64,000 nucleotides of DNA from a virus (lineage: Duplodnaviria; Caudoviricetes), in the IMG/VR virus record IMGVR_UViG_3300028048_000069, positions 1-64,000 of that record, one strand, 5' to 3'. The notes under the pieces are model-generated. The model did no database searches. It was not told the DNA's origin and saw only the letters and a program-made list of their open reading frames with translations. The translations under genes were made by a program, and so were the position numbers. Within the stretch, counting starts at the first letter, position 1, and every line of letters begins with the position of its first letter. Shown piece by piece: positions 19,637 to 30,040 of this stretch.

Positions 19637-20749
19637 ATGAGCGATAATGTATATAGAGTTTTAATGGGTGACAATGCGCCATTTATGGGAATGGCGAATA
19701 TCAACTACTTTGATAGAACATTAAAGGGAGAAATCGTTAATGTTCATTACGAGCCAATGAAAGAAACAGTAGATGGCCCGATTTTAAACCAGATACATTA
19801 CAGAACTGTTGATATTAGATGGTTAGAAGGAAAACCCTATACTTCATTAAATGTTCATATACCAGAACTTATATCTTTTAAAGGCGGTTATGGATTAAAC
19901 TATTTGCCAACAATAGGTGATATAGTTTTAGCATCTTTTGATACAAATAATAAGCCAAATATCATATCAATTGTGGCCAGATGTTCTGCCTATAATCATG
20001 GTGCTTTATCTGATGAAACTTTAAAACCAGTTTTAAACGAGTACGGAGATGTAATTATAGATACAGTTGTTGAACAATCTGTTAGACCATCCCCAATTAG
20101 ATTTATTAAAGAAGGTGAAATATCATTAACATCTTTAAATAATAACTCTGAAATATATCTTGATGAATTTGGTGCTACAAAAATTATAACTCGTGTACCT
20201 GATACTGTATTACATTCAGCCGAAACAGATGGTGGTGTTCAATGCGGCAATAGATTGTGGGAAATTTCGGTTGGTCAAGATATCTATGATGAAGGTAGCA
20301 AGGAATTAAAACAGAGTTCTTTTGGAAATAATATTCAATTTCAAGTATTAGGCCATCAAAATGACTGTAAGGTTGATTTTGATAGCGAAGGTAATATAGA
20401 ACTCAAAAACAAGGGAAATAACCTAAAATTAGCCAAAAATGGCGATTTTAACCTTGTTACGAGCACAGGTAACTCAATATCCTTAACAGATGGTGTAATT
20501 AAGGTAGCCGATAAAAATGGCAATAGTATTACTATGAATAGTTCTGGCATACAATTGGGAGATAATGCTAATTTTAGTGCTGTATTGGGGGAATCCTTAA
20601 ATACTTTATTGGAATCTATGATAGAAATATTTAATGCCCATACACATATGTATAGTCCAGGTTCTGGAAGTCCTACTCCAACAGCGACTACACTTACACC
20701 TATGATGATTTCAGATGTTTTAAGCAAAACAATTAAGTTAAAACAATAA
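19637..20749 (+). CDS. Baseplate central spike (gpV/gp5-like)
   Basis: OB-fold LPTIGDIVL, beta-helix repeats and C-terminal FNAHTH metal-binding tip. Confidence 0.75.
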   Translation: MSDNVYRVLMGDNAPFMGMANINYFDRTLKGEIVNVHYEPMKETVDGPILNQIHYRTVDIRWLEGKPYTSLNVHIPELISFKGGYGLNYLPTIGDIVLASFDTNNKPNIISIVARCSAYNHGALSDETLKPVLNEYGDVIIDTVVEQSVRPSPIRFIKEGEISLTSLNNNSEIYLDEFGATKIITRVPDTVLHSAETDGGVQCGNRLWEISVGQDIYDEGSKELKQSSFGNNIQFQVLGHQNDCKVDFDSEGNIELKNKGNNLKLAKNGDFNLVTSTGNSISLTDGVIKVADKNGNSITMNSSGIQLGDNANFSAVLGESLNTLLESMIEIFNAHTHMYSPGSGSPTPTATTLTPMMISDVLSKTIKLKQ

Positions 20750-20755
20750 CCACTA

Positions 20756-20772
20756 TCATTTAAATTTTATAT
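20756..20772 (+). promoter_or_regulatory. Putative late promoter motif
   Basis: TCATTTAAATTTTATAT. Confidence 0.55.
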
Positions 20773-20794
20773 ATAGATTTTGAGGATAAATACA

Positions 20795-22243
20795 ATGGCT
20801 TTAACAGCAGAACAAGTTAAAAATAATTTAGTAAATCAAATATTACAAAATTTTCCTACCGCAGAAGTAGATACTGGGTCTGTGTTGAGAGATATTCTTA
20901 TCGACCCACAATCTATTCAAATTGCTAATTTATCCGAAGAAATAGATTACAATAGACAATTAAATACATTTGTTCAAAATGCCAGTAACATTTTGGATAG
21001 TGATTTAGATGAAATTGGTGCTACTTTCGGTGTTTCAAGAAAAACAGGAGATTTAGCAACAGGTTCAATTACATTTCAATCTACAACAAGACCTACAGAA
21101 GATATTCAAATTGGCGCGGATGATGGTAGTGGTGGTATTTCAGTTAAAACTTTAACCACAGAAAATGGAAATACTTATGAATTTGTAACCACTGAAACTG
21201 TTTATATGAGAACAGATGCTACTTATAATGAAGAGCATAACTGTTATGAAGTTTCTGCCCCTATAAGAGCGACAACATCTGGAACAGTTTATAATGTAGG
21301 TATCGGAACAATTAAAATTTTAACCAATGGTATTGCAAATATTACTGGTGTTTATAACTATATTCCTACATCTGGTGGCACGAATAGACAAGAAAACGAA
21401 AGTTATGCTTTATCTATACAAGATGCCATTTTAGGTGCCTCAAAAAATATTGAATCTGGTGTAGATGCTATACTTAAAAGTATTCCTAATGTTACAGAAG
21501 TAAAAACTTTACATCCAAATTCTAAAGAAGAGCCTACAAAACCAGGATATTCTGTAAGTTATGTAAGGGGTTCTACAGAATCAATAGTAAATAATTATAC
21601 ATTTACTTATACAGGTAATGTATATCAATATAGATTGCCTAAAACCCCTGTAACTAGAATTATATCTATAGTTGCATTTGTTAATGGAGTTCAAAAAACA
21701 TTAGTTAAAGATATAGATTATTCTTTAACCACAGATTCAAATAGTATTTATGCCAATACAATTTATTCAAACGATTGCATTTTAATACTTGGAACTAATA
21801 ATGGAACTCCAGATATAGGAACTGATGTTACTGTAAGTTATGCTTATAATTCGCTCATAAGTGATTGCCAAGATACATTGGATGAAGAATCAGCGAATTA
21901 TTTAATATTGGGTAATTTATTGGTAGCGCAGGCCGAACCAATAATTATAGATATCGGTACAAATATAAAATTAAAATATAACTACAATACAGAACCTATA
22001 AAGGTTGAAATTTTAAATGGTTTATTTAGTTATATAGAAGGTTTAAAATTAGGGCAAGATATTACACAAGAAGATGTATTTACATATTTAACTACTAATT
22101 TTTCAACTTACATAAGTAGTATTACTTACCCATTTAATATATTTTATAAACGGGGAGAACAAAATACATTGAACTCCTTAACCTTTACCTATGGTGAATA
22201 TGCCTCATTAGATGCAAATTCATTACACATTACATTTGAATAA
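20795..22243 (+). CDS. Baseplate J-like wedge protein (start revised to ATG 20795)
   Basis: GSVLRDIL, LDEIG..FGVSR...ATGSITF and GGTNRQENE motifs; GAGGA RBS before 20795. Confidence 0.8.
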   Translation: MALTAEQVKNNLVNQILQNFPTAEVDTGSVLRDILIDPQSIQIANLSEEIDYNRQLNTFVQNASNILDSDLDEIGATFGVSRKTGDLATGSITFQSTTRPTEDIQIGADDGSGGISVKTLTTENGNTYEFVTTETVYMRTDATYNEEHNCYEVSAPIRATTSGTVYNVGIGTIKILTNGIANITGVYNYIPTSGGTNRQENESYALSIQDAILGASKNIESGVDAILKSIPNVTEVKTLHPNSKEEPTKPGYSVSYVRGSTESIVNNYTFTYTGNVYQYRLPKTPVTRIISIVAFVNGVQKTLVKDIDYSLTTDSNSIYANTIYSNDCILILGTNNGTPDIGTDVTVSYAYNSLISDCQDTLDEESANYLILGNLLVAQAEPIIIDIGTNIKLKYNYNTEPIKVEILNGLFSYIEGLKLGQDITQEDVFTYLTTNFSTYISSITYPFNIFYKRGEQNTLNSLTFTYGEYASLDANSLHITFE

Positions 22244-22245
22244 TT

Positions 22246-22959
22246 ATGTGGGATTTAAAATTAAATAATGCTTGTAATCATAGGATAATTAATGAACCTT
22301 TAGAGATTAAAGGTTCATATCCTAATTATTATGCGGTATTAAAAAGACCTGTTTACGGAGACAATCTAAAAGTAAAAATTTTAGACCAGAACAATTTATT
22401 TGTTGTAAATCCTACTTTAATTGATTATAACTTAACTGACAGAAAAGTTCTTAATTTTAATATTTCTGAAATTGATGTTGATGTTCGCGAAGAAATATAC
22501 CCAAAAAATACATATTATGCAACTTATTATACAAATCACGATAATTGCCCAAAATGTATTTATGGCACGAACACCACCAACGATATCTCTATAAATGTTA
22601 TTGGTAGACCTATATTGACTTCTGATTTTGCTTTAATGGTTCAAAAAATTAAAAAGATTTTGATTACAGAACTTCGTTCAAACTTATTTGATGCCGATTA
22701 TGGTAGTGAACTTCCTACTTTAATAGGGAAACCAAAAACAGTTTTGACTTTATTAAAGGCGCAATCAACAATACAAGATGCTATAACTTATATAAAAATG
22801 CAACAAACTAAAAATTATGATTTATTAAGTGATAGCGAAAAATTATTAAAGATAGATAACTTTCAAGTTATGCCTACGAACGACCCAAAATTGTTAAAAT
22901 TTTCATTTGAAATTTATAATCTAAATGGCGAAAATGTAAATGTTGGTGTAAGTATATGA
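22246..22959 (+). CDS. Baseplate wedge / sheath initiator (gp25-like C-terminal domain)
   Basis: IKKILITE..SNLFDADYGSEL..LIG motif. Confidence 0.6.
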   Translation: MWDLKLNNACNHRIINEPLEIKGSYPNYYAVLKRPVYGDNLKVKILDQNNLFVVNPTLIDYNLTDRKVLNFNISEIDVDVREEIYPKNTYYATYYTNHDNCPKCIYGTNTTNDISINVIGRPILTSDFALMVQKIKKILITELRSNLFDADYGSELPTLIGKPKTVLTLLKAQSTIQDAITYIKMQQTKNYDLLSDSEKLLKIDNFQVMPTNDPKLLKFSFEIYNLNGENVNVGVSI

Positions 22960-24140
22960 TGAATATAGTAACAGAAGGTATTTGCAACGATTTATTAGCA
23001 GTTCAATTAGAAAATGCTGTATTGGATTTGTCTTGGCAAGTAGATACCGATACATTAAAAAATATTTTAATAGAGCAGCATATTGATAAAGTTTTAAACT
23101 TTGTTGATACAGTTGATTTTTTGATTGAAATTGATAATGTTAATACATTTGATTCTATTAACCTAAAACAATATACTTTTTCTGAACTAGATAAAATATA
23201 TAGAGGAAATATGGTTTATTCAGCCATTATTCCCTTTAATAAAAATCAGTTTGAAGAAACCAATTATTTCTTTAGAGTTAAAATATCAAATATTGAAGGA
23301 AATTTTAATATTATTGCTCACGATACTTTAACATCCGAAACTATAACTATTGAAGATGAATGGTCAAATCCACATCCATTTACAATTAGAAAAGATTTTA
23401 CAAAAGATATTGTAGAACAAATGTACTTAACAGTAGCAGATTTTAATGCTTATAATAAAGAAGCAAAATCTGCGAATATGTACTATATTTTTCAAGCATT
23501 CGCAGATACATTAGATAAAGAATATGAATTTTCATTGGAAGATAAAAATAACCATTTTATAAATAAAATAAAACCAGACAATATAGCCAATATATTTGGT
23601 ACTCTATTTAATTTTTCAAATTCAACTTCTATCAATATGGAAGAATACAGACGAATTATGAAAAATTTAATTATTGCCTATCAAAATGGTGGCGCGTGGA
23701 ACTATGTTAAAAATGTACTTAAATATTTTGTAGGATGCACACCAGATTTATTAACATTTAAAAAATTTTATCCTTGGATATTAAGAAAACAAAATAATGT
23801 TGTAGTTGACCCACCTATAGAAGATAGAGTATATACAAATCCATCTTCAAATTATTATTTATATAAAGATGTTTTTGATTATTGGAAAAACAGAAACGAA
23901 ATAATGTTGTTATCAGAAAGTTTTGAAAACTTTACATTTATAGTTCGTTCAAACAATTTTTTTAATATAAAAGTAGATACAGAAAAAATATCAAATGTAT
24001 TAGATATTCTTAAATCAGTATATACAAAATACAATTTAAATATCGACCCATACGAAGAAGTACAAGAGGTAACAAATGCTATACTTGCTAATGAAGATAA
24101 TTACTTGTTGGCAAATAACGAGAATGTAGTACAGTACTAG
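22956..24140 (+). CDS. Baseplate wedge protein (gpI-like)
   Basis: FG.LF...EEYRR...AYQNGG....K..L..F.G pattern; gene position. Confidence 0.5.
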   Translation: MMNIVTEGICNDLLAVQLENAVLDLSWQVDTDTLKNILIEQHIDKVLNFVDTVDFLIEIDNVNTFDSINLKQYTFSELDKIYRGNMVYSAIIPFNKNQFEETNYFFRVKISNIEGNFNIIAHDTLTSETITIEDEWSNPHPFTIRKDFTKDIVEQMYLTVADFNAYNKEAKSANMYYIFQAFADTLDKEYEFSLEDKNNHFINKIKPDNIANIFGTLFNFSNSTSINMEEYRRIMKNLIIAYQNGGAWNYVKNVLKYFVGCTPDLLTFKKFYPWILRKQNNVVVDPPIEDRVYTNPSSNYYLYKDVFDYWKNRNEIMLLSESFENFTFIVRSNNFFNIKVDTEKISNVLDILKSVYTKYNLNIDPYEEVQEVTNAILANEDNYLLANNENVVQY

Positions 24141-24148
24141 GTATGGTT

Positions 24149-24165
24149 TCATTTAGATTTTTATA
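24149..24165 (+). promoter_or_regulatory. Putative late promoter motif
   Basis: TCATTTAGATTTTTATA. Confidence 0.65.
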
Positions 24166-24186
24166 ATAAAAAATAAGAGGTTTAAC

Positions 24187-26925
24187 GTGTCACAAAATAC
24201 TTTTCCACAATTTACAAATATGATGCCTACCGCTGGAGATATTCAGTTGATTGTAGATTCATTAAGAGAAGAAGATAGAAGTAGAATTACGAAAGATGGA
24301 ATTTTTACTCCTGGTATTGTGAATGAGCAATCAGATTACTTATCTGCAGGCACAAATGCAAATTCTATTAAAATTAAACCTTTTATTGCATATACATTAA
24401 GTGGTAATAGAGTAGAGGTAAGTTCTACTTGGGATAATCTTTATCCGCAAGGGTCTGTAATAAATGTAAGCGCAGAAAATTTAGCAGATGAATATAAAAA
24501 TATTCCAGTTTGGTATTCTTATTCTAAAAACTATACAAACCTTACCGATAATAGCATTGAACAATCAATCAAATTAACAACATTGGGTAAGGGTTCTATT
24601 TTACATGGTATTAAAGTAAGAACAAACGAACTATTTAGCATTATAAATACTCCAGTTCAGCCAAATATTACGATTAGTATCGGTACATCAGAGGACCCAG
24701 TTAAATTTTTACCTGAAACTTCTGTGTCAGAATCAAATTTGGCTACCAATTTAAGTGTAATGAACTTGATGTATAGTTTGGATGATAATAACACAACAGA
24801 TATCATTATTACATTTAAATCTGATTCTGCTGCTTTAAATACTTTAACAAGTGGTTCTATTACAGTTAATGTATGTATGGCAAATTTAAGTCAGTTCGAC
24901 AACTCTGATTTAGATACTGTTGAAGGCGGTTATCAAATATCCAATACTTCAGTAGGTTCTTGGCAACCATCCACAACTTATCATATTGTAGCGAGATATG
25001 TTGAAGATTTAAGTAAATATGAATCCTTAAACTATACAGATAATAATGGAAATACAATTTCAACCACACCTGAACCTACAAGAGTTACCACAAATTATAA
25101 ATTTTTTGCATTAAGAAAAACAGGTTCTGTAACGGATATTACAACTTCAAATGATGTTAAATTAGGCGAAGTAGTTACCGATAATTCTGGTACAATTACA
25201 TCCATCAATATAAATGGAAAAAATCCTATAACTGGTAATTTGTATACTCAATATCTAACATTACCAGGATACAGATTTGTTAATAATATTGATGCTTCTC
25301 AAATCGCTGATGGAACAGTATCAAATACAAAATTTCAATATTTAAATACATTAACAAGTAATGTTCAAACGCAGTTAAATAGTAAACCTAGTTTATCTAC
25401 AGATAATGTAATGACAGGTAAAAATACATTTACAGAACAAATTGTAGGTAGTATTGATAAAGTCAATGGGTTTACTGCTTATGCTACTCCAACTCCAAAT
25501 AATTTATTAGTTTTGGATGAAAATGGAAAAATACCCGCAGATGCTATTTCTGAAAGTACAATCTCTAGCATTGGTAGTTTTTATACAGTATCTGGTGGTA
25601 TTACAACTAATGGAAGAAGTGATTATCTAGAAGCCAATGATGCTAAAAATGGTGTTATTATAAAGGCGACTCAAGATAATCCACTTATTATAAACTATCC
25701 AAATGGTTCTGTAGAAAAAATTTACAACAATGTTGAAGTAGAAGGACTTTCTGCAGATGGATATTATTATTTAATTAAAGAAAAGAATGGAAACTACAAT
25801 TTCTTGCCTACAAGTGGCGGTACAGAAGCAACCATACCTGTTGTAAGCAGTGGTAACAGTTTTTACTATAAAGGTCAAAATGGTTCTGTATCATCTTCTT
25901 TCCAATATGCTAGTGCATATAAGGCATTTGATGGAACAATCACTGATGGTGCTTTAATGGGTTCTGTAACCTATAAAAATTTTGCCCACATTGAAACAAC
26001 AGGATTTTTACCTTCAAATGAACCTACATATATTGAAGTAACTTATCCAGTAGCCATAAATCCAACTGGTTTAGCACTTTGTTTTAGAAAAGAACAATAT
26101 GATGCTACACCAAAAACCTTTATTTTTGAAGGTTCTAATGATGATGGTGTTACTTGGACACAACTTTATATCGCTAATAACTGCACTTGGAATATAGGTG
26201 AAATAAAATACATTGAAACATCTAACATTCAAACATTTAAGAAATTTAGAATTATTTTCAATGTAAATTCTGCAACAATAAATAACTATATGTTGGGCGA
26301 ACAAACACGCGGTATAACAATGCCAATTATGTGTTATTATTGGCAGATTTATGCTACAAATACAGATACAACCAATAAAGGTAATATAGTAGAAGGCTAT
26401 AAAATGCCATCTAATATGAATATCGGAAGTTATTTCCTTGATATTTCTAAAAAACCATTTACTGGATATAAGGTTATTGGTAATAATCAAACAACAGAAG
26501 TTAATTTTATTAAATTAGGTTTTGTAAATTTAACTGGTTATAATACCGACAATGTAATTTTGACTTGTTATCCATTCTGTTATAATACATTCACATTTTC
26601 AGATGAATTTGTAATAAGTCAAAATGACCCTATCGTATTTGACCATAACCTAGGAGTGATACCTAACATCATAAATGCACGATATGTATGTTTAGAAGAT
26701 AATAATGGTTATACAGCAGGCGATATAATTACCGAAATGTATACTGCAACTTCTTATTGTACATTCTCGTTATTGGATGCTACAGAATTAAGCATAACTA
26801 GTTTAAAATTAAATCCTGGTAGCACAACTCAATCAATTTATATACGCCACAAAGAAACACACTTACCTGTACAAGTACCTGATGGTAAATGGGCGATGAT
26901 TATTTATTGTAGCAGGGGTTGGTAG
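24187..26925 (+). CDS. Tail fibre / receptor-binding protein with discoidin (F5/8C)-like domain
   Basis: AYKAFDG...PKTFIFEGSNDDGVTWTQL; LVLDENGKIP fibre motif; FDHNLGVIP. Confidence 0.65.
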   Translation: MSQNTFPQFTNMMPTAGDIQLIVDSLREEDRSRITKDGIFTPGIVNEQSDYLSAGTNANSIKIKPFIAYTLSGNRVEVSSTWDNLYPQGSVINVSAENLADEYKNIPVWYSYSKNYTNLTDNSIEQSIKLTTLGKGSILHGIKVRTNELFSIINTPVQPNITISIGTSEDPVKFLPETSVSESNLATNLSVMNLMYSLDDNNTTDIIITFKSDSAALNTLTSGSITVNVCMANLSQFDNSDLDTVEGGYQISNTSVGSWQPSTTYHIVARYVEDLSKYESLNYTDNNGNTISTTPEPTRVTTNYKFFALRKTGSVTDITTSNDVKLGEVVTDNSGTITSININGKNPITGNLYTQYLTLPGYRFVNNIDASQIADGTVSNTKFQYLNTLTSNVQTQLNSKPSLSTDNVMTGKNTFTEQIVGSIDKVNGFTAYATPTPNNLLVLDENGKIPADAISESTISSIGSFYTVSGGITTNGRSDYLEANDAKNGVIIKATQDNPLIINYPNGSVEKIYNNVEVEGLSADGYYYLIKEKNGNYNFLPTSGGTEATIPVVSSGNSFYYKGQNGSVSSSFQYASAYKAFDGTITDGALMGSVTYKNFAHIETTGFLPSNEPTYIEVTYPVAINPTGLALCFRKEQYDATPKTFIFEGSNDDGVTWTQLYIANNCTWNIGEIKYIETSNIQTFKKFRIIFNVNSATINNYMLGEQTRGITMPIMCYYWQIYATNTDTTNKGNIVEGYKMPSNMNIGSYFLDISKKPFTGYKVIGNNQTTEVNFIKLGFVNLTGYNTDNVILTCYPFCYNTFTFSDEFVISQNDPIVFDHNLGVIPNIINARYVCLEDNNGYTAGDIITEMYTATSYCTFSLLDATELSITSLKLNPGSTTQSIYIRHKETHLPVQVPDGKWAMIIYCSRGW

Positions 26926-26937
26926 TATAAAAGGGAT

Positions 26938-26978
26938 TAAATAAATAAGGCCATATCAATGATGGCCTTATTTATTTT
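26938..26978. terminator. Bidirectional intrinsic terminator
   Basis: AAATAAATAAGGCCAT...ATGGCCTTATTTATTTT. Confidence 0.8.
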
Positions 26979-27515
26979 GTCAACAATCTCATCTATTCCA
27001 CTAATTAGGCAATATCTTCCCCTCAAGGACATCCCATTAGGCTAACCTTTTAGATGCCCTAATTCCCTAACTTTATAGAATAGATAAGATTTAAGTATTA
27101 CTATAGTATAAAATTGTTTTAGTATAAATTATACACAAAAATATAAAAAATAAAAATAATACAATTTTATAACTAAAAAATAGAACTAAAATTGTTGTAA
27201 TACAGTTAGGCTCGGGAATTGTTTACTACTTGTTACACAGACATCATAAATTAGTTATACATTCTTCAATCAATCTAATGTATTCAAATATTTAATAGCC
27301 CTGTACCATTAAATACTTTACTCGTAGAACACTTTTAACATCTTCCTTGAGTGATGACTTCGCGATCTATTCTTCTACTTACTTAACGCCTGATTGATTA
27401 TTTAATGTCGCACTGGTCGACTGCACGACTAAGTAGTTTTACTGCTATAATATTTTACTAGTTTGATTTTTTGAAGTTTAATAGGTTGGTTTTTAGGTAA
27501 GTTAGGTTTTTTAAT

Positions 27516-27545
27516 ATATTATACTAAATTTATTTGGGGTGTCAA
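27516..27545 (-). promoter_or_regulatory. Leftward sigma70-like promoter
   Basis: TTGACA (27545-40), 16-nt spacer, TATAAT embedded in TTAGTATAATAT. Confidence 0.6.
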
Positions 27546-27568
27546 CTTTTATTGAATTTTTTAAGAAT

Positions 27569-27580
27569 TTAGTATAATAT
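27569..27580 (+). promoter_or_regulatory. TTAGTATAATAT promoter motif (early/middle class)
   Basis: Same 12-mer at 31416, 39887, 47932, 50171, 52943, 53139 and 62765. Confidence 0.65.
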
Positions 27581-27614
27581 AGGTGTAGTTAAACTGAATA
27601 AGAGAGGAAAAGAC

Positions 27615-27824
27615 ATGTCTACGAAAGTATTAACTAAAACTCAAAAGGTGTATAATATGTTGGCTACAGGGAAAAATGTAAAACTTTCTACTGTTGCCAA
27701 AAAACTATATGGTTCTGATGATTACACATCAAAGGATAATGCTAGAAGAATTATTAACGAAATCCGCTATAATTCTGATTTGGATGTAGCATTAGTAGCC
27801 GAAGGAACTTATAAAGCCTTATAG
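27615..27824 (+). CDS. Small winged-HTH-like DNA-binding protein
   Basis: Basic 69-aa protein: KVYNML...LSTVAKKLY...ARRIINEIR...GTY. Confidence 0.45.
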   Translation: MSTKVLTKTQKVYNMLATGKNVKLSTVAKKLYGSDDYTSKDNARRIINEIRYNSDLDVALVAEGTYKAL

Positions 27825-27879
27825 TTGTTTATCTCCAGTGGGGGTACTCTCTCAATCAAGTATCCCCACACCTATTTTT

Positions 27880-28950
27880 ATGAAACATATTAAAAATTTA
27901 ATTTTAAATAACTTTCAGCAATGGAAAAAAGGTAACATTCAATTCAAAGAAGGATTGAATGTTATTGTTGGTAATACTGAAAGTGGAAAATCTACTTTAT
28001 TCCGCGCTATTAATTCTGTTTTAACTGGTAAAATGCCAGAAGATTATGTCCGTAAAGGTACTAAAGGATGTGAAGTAGAAGTTCAATTTAGTGATGATAC
28101 ATTTTTTAAACGAAGTAGAACTAAAAAAGATAATATAGCCAATGCTAATGGAGTTATTTTTGAAAGGGTTGGTAAAGAAATACCTTTTGAATATTTTAAT
28201 AAACTAGGCAAAACTAGCATTGAATTTGGTAGTAAAGAGTTAAGTTTATGCTCTTATAGTCAATTTGAACCACATTTTTTCATTACTCTTTCTGATTATG
28301 ATAAATCTAAACTTATAGGTACGATTTGTGGTATTGATATTGTAGATAAGTTAGTGGATGCGATTAACAAAGATATTCGCTCTAATAATGCTAACATCAA
28401 GTTTTTAGATAATAAAATAAAAGAACAGGCCGAACAGCACGAAATTATTGAAAATCAGTTTAAAACCCTTGATGATAAGCATACAAAGTTATATTTATGT
28501 ATAAATGCTCTTAAAGATGATTATAAAAGGCTGGAAAACCTATCTATATCAAGCCATAACCTTATTTTGTTTAATGATGGTATAAAGAGTGCAAAAGATG
28601 AATTAAATCGTTTAAAAGCCAAATTTAATCAATTTGATACCGAAAAAGTTGCTAAATTGAGCAAGTTTTTAGGGTTAAGAACTAAACTTGATGGGATTAT
28701 TACTGATATTTCTAGTGTAAATTCTAACCTAAAAAAGTTAAAATTATCTGAAAATATAGACATTTCTAAAGCAAATTTGCTTGATGATTTAGTATTTTTA
28801 AAACAAAAATTGTTGGAACTTAATAATAAAACAACAGAAATCAATAAAAATTTAATGGAAACAGATAAACACATTGAATTTTTAGAAACTGAAAAAAGAA
28901 CATTATTGGCTGATTATGATAAATGTCCTTTATGTGGGGGTATTTTATGA
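27880..28950 (+). CDS. Rad50/SbcC-like ATPase, N-terminal half
   Basis: LNNFQ, Walker A GNTESGKS, coiled coil, ends at zinc hook CPLCG; ATG at 27880. Confidence 0.85.
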   Translation: MKHIKNLILNNFQQWKKGNIQFKEGLNVIVGNTESGKSTLFRAINSVLTGKMPEDYVRKGTKGCEVEVQFSDDTFFKRSRTKKDNIANANGVIFERVGKEIPFEYFNKLGKTSIEFGSKELSLCSYSQFEPHFFITLSDYDKSKLIGTICGIDIVDKLVDAINKDIRSNNANIKFLDNKIKEQAEQHEIIENQFKTLDDKHTKLYLCINALKDDYKRLENLSISSHNLILFNDGIKSAKDELNRLKAKFNQFDTEKVAKLSKFLGLRTKLDGIITDISSVNSNLKKLKLSENIDISKANLLDDLVFLKQKLLELNNKTTEINKNLMETDKHIEFLETEKRTLLADYDKCPLCGGIL

Positions 28951-29792
28951 ATTTAGTAATTGTTGGGGATCCACATATTAAATATACCGCGCCGACATTC
29001 AGAAAAGAAACTTATTTTCAAGAGTTAAAGGATAAGATTAACCAGATTAACATTATTGCTAAAGAAAATAATGCAAAAGTTCTTTGTTTAGGCGATTTCT
29101 TTAATAGTTATGTAGAAGATTATTTTGAACTTATTGTTTATGAACTTGCCGATATGATTTATGGTTGGCAATCTTTAATTGGGAATCACGATTGTAAAAG
29201 TGTTGATGGAAATTTGAAAGGAACAAGTTTTGGTGTTTTAGTTCAGATGGATACTATTAAAATACCTACTTGCGGTTCTTTTGATTATTTTCATTACTAT
29301 AACAGAGAACAATTTACTGGTAAAAGTATAAATCAAGTCGCATTTATTCACGATTATATTATGCCAAATGGAACTAAAGAAAAGTTCGATTATAGGGAGT
29401 GTTTTGAAAATGACTATAAAATTGTTTTTTGTGGGCATTATCATTATCCTTTTGATGTGGTGGTTGGTCGAACCAGATATATAAATCCAGGTTCGTTGAT
29501 GCGCTCAACAGTTAAAGAATTAGAATTAAATAGAACTCCAGAAGTTATTTTATTTAATTCCGATACAATGGAAGTTAAACATATTCCACTTAAAGTAAAA
29601 CCTTTAGCAGATGTTTCTAATACTTTAGAAGAAAATAAGTTAGATAAAACTTTTGAAAGTAAATTCGCTAATATGCTGTTAGAAACAGATATTAGTGGCG
29701 ATAATAATGATATTATAAACCTACTTAAAAAGAAAAACATTGAACCTAGTATAATATCTTATATAGAAAATAAATTGGAAGAGGTAAAATAA
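28947..29792 (+). CDS. Mre11/SbcD-like nuclease
   Basis: GDPH, GDFF, GNHD, GHYH and NPGS phosphoesterase motifs; ATGA overlap at 28947. Confidence 0.85.
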   Translation: MNLVIVGDPHIKYTAPTFRKETYFQELKDKINQINIIAKENNAKVLCLGDFFNSYVEDYFELIVYELADMIYGWQSLIGNHDCKSVDGNLKGTSFGVLVQMDTIKIPTCGSFDYFHYYNREQFTGKSINQVAFIHDYIMPNGTKEKFDYRECFENDYKIVFCGHYHYPFDVVVGRTRYINPGSLMRSTVKELELNRTPEVILFNSDTMEVKHIPLKVKPLADVSNTLEENKLDKTFESKFANMLLETDISGDNNDIINLLKKKNIEPSIISYIENKLEEVK

Positions 29793-30040
29793 TGATTGAT
29801 AATGCTTTAGTGAACGAACTTTTAGAAAAATCTAAAAAGATTGAACAACAAATTGAAGAAGATAAAAAGAAGAGCCAAGAACTAAATAATAAACTTATCG
29901 AACTTAATACCAAAAAGCAACAAGTTTTAGATGAGTTAAAAAGTTTAGGGGTTACTGAAGAAACTTTGGATACTACTATTGAAACCTTATGCAAGGAAGT
30001 ACAAAATGGAATTGCAAAATTTGAAGAACTCAATAAATAA
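29792..30040 (+). CDS. Small coiled-coil protein within the Rad50/Mre11 cluster
   Basis: 82-aa heptad-rich protein; GAGG RBS. Confidence 0.6.
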   Translation: MIDNALVNELLEKSKKIEQQIEEDKKKSQELNNKLIELNTKKQQVLDELKSLGVTEETLDTTIETLCKEVQNGIAKFEELNK

